From Clostridia bacterium (GTDB taxonomy: Bacteria; Bacillota; Clostridia; Oscillospirales; Acutalibacteraceae), in contig JAFWVC010000060.1 of the NCBI GenBank assembly GCA_017518415.1, positions 13,947-77,946 on the forward strand: a DNA stretch of 64,000 nucleotides, written 5' to 3'. How positions within the stretch are numbered: position 1 is the first letter of the stretch; every line of letters begins with the position of its first letter. A program made the position numbers and the translations under genes. Under the pieces are notes generated by a model. That model saw only the letters and a program-made list of their open reading frames with translations, did not search any database and was not told the origin of the DNA. Positions 1-7,758 of the stretch are shown one piece after another.

Positions 1-312
1 CCGGAACGGAAACAAAAGCAGCCCGCCGGCGCCGCCCGCAGCACGGCGGAGAGCCGGGCCACCCGCGCCGCCCGCAGTGAGATCGACCTGCGCGGCATGA
101 CAAGTGATGAGGCTATTATTGAAACCGACCGCTTTATCGACGCGGCGGTGATGTCCGGCCTGTCCGAGGTGGTGCTGATCCACGGCAAAGGCACCGGCGC
201 GCTGCGCACCGCCATCGGCCAGCATCTGCGGCGGCATCCCTCGGTGGCCGCCTTCCGGCCCGGCACTTATGGCGAGGGAGAAACCGGCGTGACCGTCGTC
301 ACCTTAAAATAA
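1..312 (+). CDS. mutS2: endonuclease MutS2, C-terminal Smr domain (5' end lies outside the window)
   Basis: The frame is open from base 1. The translation ...EIDLRGMTSDEA...VLIHGKGTGALRTAIGQHL... is a typical Smr domain, as found at the MutS2 C-terminus. Confidence 0.8.
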   Translation, partial: PERKQKQPAGAARSTAESRATRAARSEIDLRGMTSDEAIIETDRFIDAAVMSGLSEVVLIHGKGTGALRTAIGQHLRRHPSVAAFRPGTYGEGETGVTVVTLK

Positions 313-334
313 CAGAGACAGGAGGCGTTCTGCC

Positions 335-1192
335 ATGACCATTCGTCCCGAAACGGTGCGGGCCCTGCTGCCGCGCCGTCCCGTCGACGCCCATAAAGGC
401 TCCTGCGGCACCGTGCTGAGCGTGTGCGGCAGCTACGGCATGGCCGGCGCCGCCTATTTTGCCGCGGCCGCCGCCCTGCGCTGCGGCGCCGGTATGGTCC
501 GGGCCGCGCTGCCCGGGTCGATCTACCCGATCTTTTCCGCCCTGCTGCCGGAGGCCGTCTGCCTGCCGGATCTGTCCGACCGGCAGCTGTGCGAACAGGT
601 ACCCGCGGCCGACAGCATGGTTATCGGCTGCGGGCTCGGCACCGCCGACGTAACCGCCGCGCGCCTGCGCGGCGTACTGGCCGCCGCCCGGCAGACCGAA
701 ACCCCGGTCGTGCTGGACGCCGACGGCATAAATCTGGCGGCCGCGCATACTGATATAGCGGAACAACTCGGTCCGCACTGCGTTCTGACGCCCCATCCGG
801 GGGAGGCCGCCCGCCTGCTGCACTGCACGCCGGCCGATATCGCCCTCGACCGGCGCGGCACCGTCGACCGGCTGGTCCGGCTGACCGGAGCCGTCGTCGT
901 GCTCAAAGGGCACGATTCCCTGGTTGCCGCGCCGGACGGCACCTGCCTGTGCAACCCCACCGGCAACCCCGGCATGGCTACCGCCGGCATGGGCGATGTG
1001 CTCGCCGGCATGATCGCCTCGCTGGCAGCGCAGGGCCTGACGCCCCGGGACGCCGCCGTCTGCGGTACCTATCTGCACGGGCTGGCCGGGGATGAAGCCG
1101 CCGCGGCCGTTTCGCAGCGGGCGCTGCTGCCCCGCGATTTGCTGCGGCAACTGACAAAAATCTTTCTGGCATGGGAGGCGTCGCCCGCATGA
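335..1192 (+). CDS. nnrD: ADP-dependent NAD(P)H-hydrate dehydratase (YjeF C-terminal type, no epimerase domain)
   Basis: 285 aa with HKGSCGTVLSVCGS... and the GNPGMATAGMGDVLAGMIA signature of the carbohydrate-kinase-like NnrD family. Confidence 0.85.
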   Translation: MTIRPETVRALLPRRPVDAHKGSCGTVLSVCGSYGMAGAAYFAAAAALRCGAGMVRAALPGSIYPIFSALLPEAVCLPDLSDRQLCEQVPAADSMVIGCGLGTADVTAARLRGVLAAARQTETPVVLDADGINLAAAHTDIAEQLGPHCVLTPHPGEAARLLHCTPADIALDRRGTVDRLVRLTGAVVVLKGHDSLVAAPDGTCLCNPTGNPGMATAGMGDVLAGMIASLAAQGLTPRDAAVCGTYLHGLAGDEAAAAVSQRALLPRDLLRQLTKIFLAWEASPA

Positions 1193-1680
1193 AGCATCGG
1201 CTGGCCGGATGTATCGTCTTGCTCCTTTTGATTGGCACCGGATGCGCCGGCCGGCCCGTTGTTCCGCAAACGACGGAACTGTGCGCTGCCGTGCAGGGCG
1301 TTTACGGCGCCTTGCAGGTGGAAGCCGCCGTGCAGCGGCACGGGATCGGCACCATGCAGCTGGATTTTTCCGCGCCGGATACGCTGGCCGGCCTGACGAT
1401 GTTTTGCGCCGGCGACGAAACGACGCGGCTCGATTATCAGGGGCTGACCTACACCGCCGACGCCTTGCCGGCCGCTGCGCTGCCGCAGTTGCTGTGCGCC
1501 GTGCTGGACGACGCCGCCCGGCGCAGCGACGCGGTGCGGGACGGCTGCCTGACGGGGCGTGCGGCGGACGCCGCATACACCCTCTGCTTTGACGAGACGG
1601 GCCGGCCGGTCTCCCTCACGATCCCCTCACTGGGTGCGGCGCTGACCTTCACGATACAAACAGATCCAACTTCCGGATAA
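1189..1680 (+). CDS. hypothetical lipoprotein
   Basis: The ATG at 1189 overlaps the nnrD stop (ATGA). The N-terminus MKHRLAGCIVLLLLIGTGCAG looks like a signal peptide with a lipobox-like Cys. No recognisable domain. Confidence 0.55.
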   Translation: MKHRLAGCIVLLLLIGTGCAGRPVVPQTTELCAAVQGVYGALQVEAAVQRHGIGTMQLDFSAPDTLAGLTMFCAGDETTRLDYQGLTYTADALPAAALPQLLCAVLDDAARRSDAVRDGCLTGRAADAAYTLCFDETGRPVSLTIPSLGAALTFTIQTDPTSG

Positions 1681-1684
1681 AAAA

Positions 1685-1714
1685 GGGCCCGGCCGCTGTG
1701 CGGCCGGGCTTTTG
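1685..1714. terminator. bidirectional intrinsic terminator between convergent lipoprotein genes
   Basis: GCCCGGCCGC-tgt-GCGGCCGGGC hairpin, flanked by an A-run upstream and a T-run downstream. Confidence 0.6.
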
Positions 1715-1730
1715 TATGTACGGTGTCCCG

Positions 1731-3005
1731 TCAGGTCACGTTCGGTTCGTCAAAGGAGTTCCCCAGATAATACAGTAACATATCCACCGGCACGTTGCCG
1801 TACCGCAGGCAGAAGTCCTGATACATGCCGTCGTTCCACAGCACCTCGTCGTTTTCCTCGTCATAGATCTGTTCCCAGATCTGTGTACAATAGACGTCGC
1901 TGATCACGGCGTCGACCATGTCGGCGTCGTACTGCTGGCACAATTCCTCATACGCGGCGGCGTCGATCGGCCGCAGTTCCCCCTGCTCGTCATACGCGGC
2001 GGCTTTCAGGCGGAAATATTGCATCAGCTGCGGCTGCGCCTCGTAGGTGTCGCTGTCTTCCGGCGGGGCGATGACCGGCGCCTGCCCCGGGTTGCGCTCG
2101 CAGCGCACCGTCAGGCCGATACGCGCCGGCGCCGTGCTTTCGGTGTTCAGATACGTTATGTTGCCTATGTCAGCGGAAAGGGCGAAGGACCCTTCCGCCA
2201 GCGTCAGCTGTTCCTTCTCATTAAAGGTAAAGGTAAAGACGAGATCTTCAAAAATCAGGTTCGCGTCATCGGTCGGCCGTTCTCCGTCCATCTTTTCGAC
2301 GAACTGCCAGAAGACGGCTTCCAGATCCAGTGCCGTCATTTTGACCGTGAAGACCCGGCCGCTTTCGTCGACGGTCACCGTCATTTTATCCGGCAGGTTT
2401 TCCTTCAGCCACGTCTCCATCTCTTGCAGTTCGGTCTGCTCAGGCATCTCGTCCTCCAGCTGGGTCAGCTGCTGGTCGAGCCCGTTTATACCGAGCAGCT
2501 CGGTGACTCCCTGGACCAACAGCGGCACCTCTTCCGGCGCGAGCCGGCACTTGGTCTCCTTTCCCAGGCCGAACATATCCGGCAGGCGGACGTAGACCTC
2601 GTCCGGGTCCGCGTAGGCGGAAATCGCCACGGCGGGACTGCCCGGCAGCTTGATTTCCAGACTGCCGGAGCCCTTGAACGCTTCGGGATGCTCCGGGTCA
2701 TACGACACGGCCGCCTTCACCGTCAGGGGAATGGTCACCTTCACACCGTCGGTGTTGACCTCCATCGTGACCGTCAGCTTGATCTCCTCATTGACGCCCT
2801 TGCTCAGCGTTTCCGCCTCCTGCTCGATCCACCCGGTAAAGGTTTCCGCGGCGGTTTTGGGCTCCGGCTGTTCCGTGACGCTGCCCGACGGCGTATCGTC
2901 GGAAGGCCCGGCAGAGTCGACGGGCTTTTCTTCGCCGCATCCGGCCATCGCGAGCACCAGCAACAGGCAAAGCAACAAAGCGATGATCCGTTTGGTGTGT
3001 TTCAT
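1731..3005 (-). CDS. hypothetical secreted lipoprotein
   Basis: 424 aa. The N-terminus MKHTKRIIALLLCLLLVLAMAGCGEE is a signal peptide plus lipobox. GGAGGAG RBS upstream. Acidic protein with no family recognised. Confidence 0.6.
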   Translation of the reverse strand: MKHTKRIIALLLCLLLVLAMAGCGEEKPVDSAGPSDDTPSGSVTEQPEPKTAAETFTGWIEQEAETLSKGVNEEIKLTVTMEVNTDGVKVTIPLTVKAAVSYDPEHPEAFKGSGSLEIKLPGSPAVAISAYADPDEVYVRLPDMFGLGKETKCRLAPEEVPLLVQGVTELLGINGLDQQLTQLEDEMPEQTELQEMETWLKENLPDKMTVTVDESGRVFTVKMTALDLEAVFWQFVEKMDGERPTDDANLIFEDLVFTFTFNEKEQLTLAEGSFALSADIGNITYLNTESTAPARIGLTVRCERNPGQAPVIAPPEDSDTYEAQPQLMQYFRLKAAAYDEQGELRPIDAAAYEELCQQYDADMVDAVISDVYCTQIWEQIYDEENDEVLWNDGMYQDFCLRYGNVPVDMLLYYLGNSFDEPNVT

Positions 3006-3114
3006 GTGATACTCCTCCTATTTTTGATACAAATACAATACTGTTTGTATTATACAGAAACAGCGCCCCGCTGTCAAGCACGGGCCGGGCCGGCCGGCGG
3101 GAGAAAGATTTCTC

Positions 3115-3143
3115 TTGACAAAGACAAAAAAATGTGTTTTAAT
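3115..3143 (+). promoter_or_regulatory. sigma-A type promoter for T-box leader 1
   Basis: TTGACA (3115-3120), 17-nt spacer ending in TGt, then TTTAAT (3138-3143). Confidence 0.5.
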
Positions 3144-3162
3144 AAGTCATCATGTAAAATAC

Positions 3163-3432
3163 GATGACGGAATTATGCTTTTGTACCGAGCATACAGAGA
3201 GCCGGCGGGCGGTGCGAGCCGGTTGAGACGTACCAAGGCAGTCTGCTTCCCGAGTAGGTCTTCCCAACGCGTTCGCCAGTAGGAAGGCACGGTTGCCCCG
3301 TTACCGGCTTTGGACTTGTTTGAGTCCGAGAGATGTCTTCTCGTGAGAGGGACATGAACAGGGTGGTACCGCGAAACCGTTTCGCCCCTGAAGCTTACAA
3401 GGCTTCGGGGGCTTTACTGTTTTCCGCCTGTG
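3163..3432 (+). promoter_or_regulatory. T-box leader (tRNA-sensing transcription attenuator), probable Leu specifier
   Basis: Contains an AGAGAG bulge, a GGTGCGA distal loop, an F-box-like CCGTTA, the T-box sequence GGGTGGTACCGCG (3361-3373) and an 11-bp terminator hairpin GCCCCTGAAGC/GCTTCGGGGGC followed by TTTACTGTTTT. My hand fold puts AGTCTGC (3240-3246) in the specifier loop. Confidence 0.85.
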
Positions 3433-3457
3433 TTTTCCGCCTGAAAGGAGAAAAAAT

Positions 3458-4882
3458 ATGGAACGCATCTGCATTACCGACATCACCATCCGGCAGGCCG
3501 GCAAAGCCGCCGGCTACGAACTGAGCTTTCGCGACAAGATCGAGCTGGCCAAGCTGCTTGACCGCGCCGGCGTCGACGTCATCGAACTGCACGGTCTGCT
3601 TTCTCCGCGGGCGGACAGCCTGTTGATCAAATCCATTGCTTCCGCGGTCGCTTCGAGCGCGGTCTGCGTGCCGATCGATCCGGATCCCGCACAGGCAGCC
3701 GCCGTCTGGCAGGCCCTGCGGGAGGCCAAACGTCCGCGTTTGCAGGTGTGTGCGCCGGTAAGCACGGTGCAGATGGAATACCTCGCCGGCAAAAAGCCGG
3801 AGGCGCTGCTGGCCGCCGTGGAACAGACGGTACAGGCCGCCGCGGCCCTGTGCCCGGAGGTGGAGTTTGCCGCCTGGGACGCCACCCGCGCCGAGCCCGC
3901 CTTCCTGGCCCGGGCGATCGATTGCGCCGTGCGCGCCGGCGCCGGCATTGTGACCTTGTGCGATACCGCCGGCGTATTGCTGCCGGATGAGATGAGCGCC
4001 TTTGTGAAGGCGACGGTGCAGGCCGCCCCGTGCCTGGCCAGCGTGCGGCTGGGCGTCAGCTGCGCCGACACCCTCTCGATGGCGGACGCCTGCGCGGCGG
4101 CGGCCGTGGCGGCCGGCGCACGGGAGGTCAAGGCGGCCGCATATCGGACCGATTCGGTGTCCCTGCGGCACCTGGCGGCGGTCCTGGCCGCGAAAGGCGC
4201 TGATTTCGGCGTGCAAAGCGGCGTCAATACGACCCAGCTGCACCGGCTGATCGAACAGATAGAACGCATCTGCCGCACCGAGCGCAGCAAAGGCTCCCCG
4301 TTTGAGCCTTCCGCCGCGCCGGATTCCGGCTTGCAGCTGACGGCCCGCAACACGCGGGAGGACGTCGTACGGGCAGCCGCCCGGCTGGGGTACGATCTGA
4401 CGCAGGAAGACGGTGCCAAAGTGTACGAAGCCTTTTGCCGCATTGCCGAAAAGAAGGATACCGTCGGTGAAAAAGAATTGGACGCCATCATCGCCGCCGC
4501 GGCCATGCAGGTGCCGCCCATCTACCGGCTGGACAGCTACGTCATCAACACCGGCAACACCATCAGCGCGACGGCCCATGTGCGCCTGCGCAAAGGTGAC
4601 GCGGTGCAGGAGGGCATCAGCCTCGGCGACGGGCCGATCGACGCGGTGTTCCTGGCCATCGAGCATATCGTCGGCTGCCATTACGAGCTGGACGATTTCC
4701 AGATCCAATCCGTCACCGAAGGGCGCGAGGCTATGGGCCAGGCCGTCGTACGGCTGCGCAACGGCGGCAAGCTGTATTCCGGCCGCGGCATTTCCACCGA
4801 TATCATCGGCTCGGCTGTGCACGCCTACCTCGGCGCATTGAACAAGATCGCCTACGAAGAGGCAGGAGGGGATGAGGTATGA
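3458..4882 (+). CDS. 2-isopropylmalate/citramalate synthase-like protein with degenerate catalytic motifs and an intact LeuA regulatory domain
   Basis: HMGL-like TIM barrel alignable to LeuA, but DTTLRDGEQ reads DITIRQAGK and HxHNDxG reads SCADTLS. The C-terminal GDGPIDAVFLAIEHIV...GRGISTDIIGSAVHAYLGALNKI matches the LeuA dimer/allosteric domain. GGAG RBS. Confidence 0.75.
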   Translation: MERICITDITIRQAGKAAGYELSFRDKIELAKLLDRAGVDVIELHGLLSPRADSLLIKSIASAVASSAVCVPIDPDPAQAAAVWQALREAKRPRLQVCAPVSTVQMEYLAGKKPEALLAAVEQTVQAAAALCPEVEFAAWDATRAEPAFLARAIDCAVRAGAGIVTLCDTAGVLLPDEMSAFVKATVQAAPCLASVRLGVSCADTLSMADACAAAAVAAGAREVKAAAYRTDSVSLRHLAAVLAAKGADFGVQSGVNTTQLHRLIEQIERICRTERSKGSPFEPSAAPDSGLQLTARNTREDVVRAAARLGYDLTQEDGAKVYEAFCRIAEKKDTVGEKELDAIIAAAAMQVPPIYRLDSYVINTGNTISATAHVRLRKGDAVQEGISLGDGPIDAVFLAIEHIVGCHYELDDFQIQSVTEGREAMGQAVVRLRNGGKLYSGRGISTDIIGSAVHAYLGALNKIAYEEAGGDEV

Positions 4883-7392
4883 ACCTGTCGTTTTCCACCC
4901 GCGGCTGGCAGGCCCTCAGCTGGGAGGAAACGCTCGCCATGGCGCAGGAGATGCAGTTTGCCGGCATTGAGCCGTACAACCTGCCTCTGCGCCCGGATTG
5001 GACCGGCCGGGGCGGCGCATTTGAAGCCAAACAGGTACCGGCGACCGCCCGCATCTTAAAGGAAAAAGGCCTGAGCATCCCCTGCCTGGACACCGGCTGC
5101 GACCTGAGCGACCCGGCCTGCCTGCCGGTGTTGACCGGGCTGATGGCCCTGGCGCACGAGCTGCACGCGCCCTGTGTGGCGGGTGCGGCGCTCGGCAGCG
5201 ACGAAGCGGCCGTTTACGACGTGGTGCGCGCCCTGTTGGCTGAGGCGGAAAAGCAGCAGGTCACGCTGCTGATCAAAACCAGCGGCCTGTACACCGACAC
5301 GGCCCGGCTGCGCACCCTGCTGGACTCCTTTGCCAGCGATTACCTCGGCGCCCTGTGGGACGTGCATCATCCCTGCCGCGAAGCCGGTGAAACGCCGGCC
5401 GACACCATCAAAAACCTCGGCGCCTACGTGCGCCACGTCCATCTGCGGGATTCCGAAGCCGGCGGCGGCTACGCCCTGCTCGGCGAAGGGACCCTGCCGT
5501 TGGCCGCCGTCATGGGCGCCCTCGGCTCGATCGATTACGACGGGTTCATTTCGGCGGAATGGAAGCCGGAATGGATGCGCGAACTGGATGACCCGAACAT
5601 CATCTTCCCGCACTTTGTCAACTATATGCACCGGTTTGATTCGCCCCGCGGCAAAAAGAAGGCGCTGTACGACAACCACGACCATACCGGCAAATACGTT
5701 TGGAAAAAAGACGAGCTGATCGCCGAAACCTTCCCGCAGGTGCTGCACCGCATGGCGCAGGAGTTTCCGGACCAGTACGCTTTCCGGTACACCACGCTGG
5801 ATTATACGCGCACCTACGCCGCCTTCGAGCGCGACGTCGACACCTTTGCCCGGGCGCTGTTGTCGCTCGGCGTGCGCCGCGGCAGCAAGATCGCCATCTG
5901 GGCCACCAACGTGCCGGCGTGGTACATCACCTTCTGGGCCACCACCAAGATCGGCGCGGTGCTGGTCAGCGTCAATACCGCGTATAAAATCCACGAGGCG
6001 GAATATCTGCTGCGCCAATCCGACACCCATACGCTGGTCATGGTCGACCACTGCCTGGATTCGGATTACGCCGGCATCATCCGCACCCTTTGCCCCGAAC
6101 TGGAAAACACCCGTCCCGGGCAGCCGCTGCACAGCAAAAAACTGCCGTTTTTGCGCAACGTCATCACCGTCGGCTTCCGCATGAAGGGCTGCCTGACCTT
6201 TGAGCAGGCCATGGCCCGCAGCGAGCTGGTGCCGGCCGCCGAAGTGGCGCGCATGGCGGCGGCCGTCCGGCCGGACGACGTGTGCAATATGCAATACACC
6301 TCCGGCACCACCGGTTTCCCGAAGGGCGTCATGCTGACCCACTACAACGTGGTCAACAACGGCAAATGCATCGGCGACCGGATGGATCTTTCCACCGCGG
6401 ACCGCATGATGATCCAGGTGCCGATGTTCCATTGCTTCGGCATGGTGCTGGCCATGACCGCTTCGATGACGCACGGCACCACGCTGTGCCCGCTGCCGTA
6501 TTTTTCGGCCAAGGTCAGCCTGGCCTGCATCAATCAGGAGCGCATTACCTGCTTTCACGGCGTACCCACCATGTTCATCGCGATGTTTAATCATCCGGAT
6601 TACCGCAAGACCGATTTTTCGTATATGCGCACCGGCATCATGGCCGGCTCCGGCTGCCCGCCGGAGCTCATGCGCCGCGCCGCCGACCCGCAGGAGATGA
6701 ACATGACCGGCATCGTCAGCGTATACGGGCAGACCGAATCCTCCCCCGGCAGCACCATGACCGCTTGGGATGACCCGCTGGACGTGCGCTGCGGCACCGT
6801 CGGCTACGCTTTTCCGCACGTCGAATGCAAGGTCATTGACCCGGAAACCGGTGAAACGGTGCCGGACGGCGTCAACGGCGAGTTCTGCTCCCGCGGATAC
6901 AACACCATGAAGGGCTATTACAAAATGCCGGAAGAAACCGCCGCCGCCGTCGATCAGGACGGCTGGCTGCATTCCGGCGACATGGCCTGCCGGGACGAAC
7001 AGGGCAACTACCGCATCACCGGGCGGCTGAAAGATATGATCATCCGCGGCGGCGAGAATATCTATCCCAAGGAGATCGAAGAGTTCATCTACACCCACCC
7101 CGCCGTCAAGGACGTACAGGTCATCGGCGTGCCGGACAAAAAATACGGCGAGGAGATCATGGCCTGCGTTATCCTGAAAGAGCCCGGCTCGCTGACCGAG
7201 CAGCAGCTGCTCGACTACATCAAAGCCTCCCTGGCCCGGCACAAAGTGCCGCGGTATATCGAGTTTACCGACGCCTTCCCCATGAACGCCGCCGGCAAGA
7301 TTCTCAAATATAAAATGCGGCAGCAGGCGATGGAAAAGCTCGGCCTGCGGGCGGAGGGCATCGACACCGCCTCCCGGCCGGAAAAACCGTAA
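4879..7392 (+). CDS. fusion protein: xylose-isomerase-like TIM barrel (about residues 1-270) plus AMP-dependent acyl-CoA synthetase/ligase
   Basis: The start overlaps the upstream stop (ATGA). The N-terminal part resembles sugar-phosphate isomerase/epimerase TIM barrels (HVHLRDS...FISAEW). The C-terminal part carries YTSGTTGFPKGV, GYYKMPEETA, WLHSGD and GRLKDMIIRGGENIYP adenylate-forming motifs. Confidence 0.8.
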   Translation: MNLSFSTRGWQALSWEETLAMAQEMQFAGIEPYNLPLRPDWTGRGGAFEAKQVPATARILKEKGLSIPCLDTGCDLSDPACLPVLTGLMALAHELHAPCVAGAALGSDEAAVYDVVRALLAEAEKQQVTLLIKTSGLYTDTARLRTLLDSFASDYLGALWDVHHPCREAGETPADTIKNLGAYVRHVHLRDSEAGGGYALLGEGTLPLAAVMGALGSIDYDGFISAEWKPEWMRELDDPNIIFPHFVNYMHRFDSPRGKKKALYDNHDHTGKYVWKKDELIAETFPQVLHRMAQEFPDQYAFRYTTLDYTRTYAAFERDVDTFARALLSLGVRRGSKIAIWATNVPAWYITFWATTKIGAVLVSVNTAYKIHEAEYLLRQSDTHTLVMVDHCLDSDYAGIIRTLCPELENTRPGQPLHSKKLPFLRNVITVGFRMKGCLTFEQAMARSELVPAAEVARMAAAVRPDDVCNMQYTSGTTGFPKGVMLTHYNVVNNGKCIGDRMDLSTADRMMIQVPMFHCFGMVLAMTASMTHGTTLCPLPYFSAKVSLACINQERITCFHGVPTMFIAMFNHPDYRKTDFSYMRTGIMAGSGCPPELMRRAADPQEMNMTGIVSVYGQTESSPGSTMTAWDDPLDVRCGTVGYAFPHVECKVIDPETGETVPDGVNGEFCSRGYNTMKGYYKMPEETAAAVDQDGWLHSGDMACRDEQGNYRITGRLKDMIIRGGENIYPKEIEEFIYTHPAVKDVQVIGVPDKKYGEEIMACVILKEPGSLTEQQLLDYIKASLARHKVPRYIEFTDAFPMNAAGKILKYKMRQQAMEKLGLRAEGIDTASRPEKP

Positions 7393-7427
7393 CGGCGAAA
7401 AAAATCGCACAGCGGCGAAAAAAGCCC

Positions 7428-7456
7428 TTGACAAACGATACGTGATGTGATAAAGT
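7428..7456 (+). promoter_or_regulatory. sigma-A type promoter for T-box leader 2
   Basis: TTGACA (7428-7433), 17-nt spacer ending in TGa, then TAAAGT (7451-7456). Confidence 0.5.
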
Positions 7457-7473
7457 CTTAATCAATCAAATAA

Positions 7474-7738
7474 AATGGCTGTGACGAAGACGGTCGGAAC
7501 CCGTCCCTTTCAGAGAGCCGGTGGTCGCTGTGAACCGGCAGGGCGTATTCCAAGGACCTATCCCTTCCGAGCCGAAAGCCTGAACGCACACCGTGCCAGT
7601 AAACGCTTTCCGTATTGCCCGCGTTAAGGGATAGGGCCTGTTAGGGCCTGAAGAGGCGGCGTCTTGCCGCAATTTGAGTGGTACCGCGGGCTTACAAGCT
7701 CGTCTCAAGACTTTATCTTGGGACGGGCATTTTTATTT
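7474..7738 (+). promoter_or_regulatory. T-box leader (tRNA-sensing attenuator), specifier unresolved (AUC Ile or CUA Leu candidates)
   Basis: Contains a GTGA...CGAG K-turn-like base, AGAGAG (7512-7517), a GGTCGCTGTGA distal loop, CGTTAA F-box, T-box GAGTGGTACCGCG (7676-7688) and the terminator CGTCTCAAG/CTTGGGACG followed by GGCATTTTTATTTT. Confidence 0.85.
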
Positions 7739-7758
7739 TACCGGGGAGGTTTTATCAC

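Noticed and set aside
299-1576. A 425-aa minus-strand ORF antisense to nnrD. Many similar long ORFs appear in the track, for example 5056..7434, 8761..10026, 10696..11982, 15381..17513, 26156..27541, 32658..34616, 38227..39699, 44119..45363 and 58991..61591.
   Set aside because: They lie antisense or out of frame to genes with clear family motifs. Their translations are Arg/Gly/Ala/Pro/His-rich with no recognisable motifs, and they lack RBSs. Long stop-free antisense frames are expected in GC-rich DNA.
7555-7563. Alternative specifier readings for T-box 2: CCU (Pro, followed by the canonical A) or ACC (Thr).
   Set aside because: They require opening the GGTC/GACC helix in my fold, and they fit the downstream BCAA-type genes poorly. 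They are not excluded; only a covariance-model alignment can settle it.
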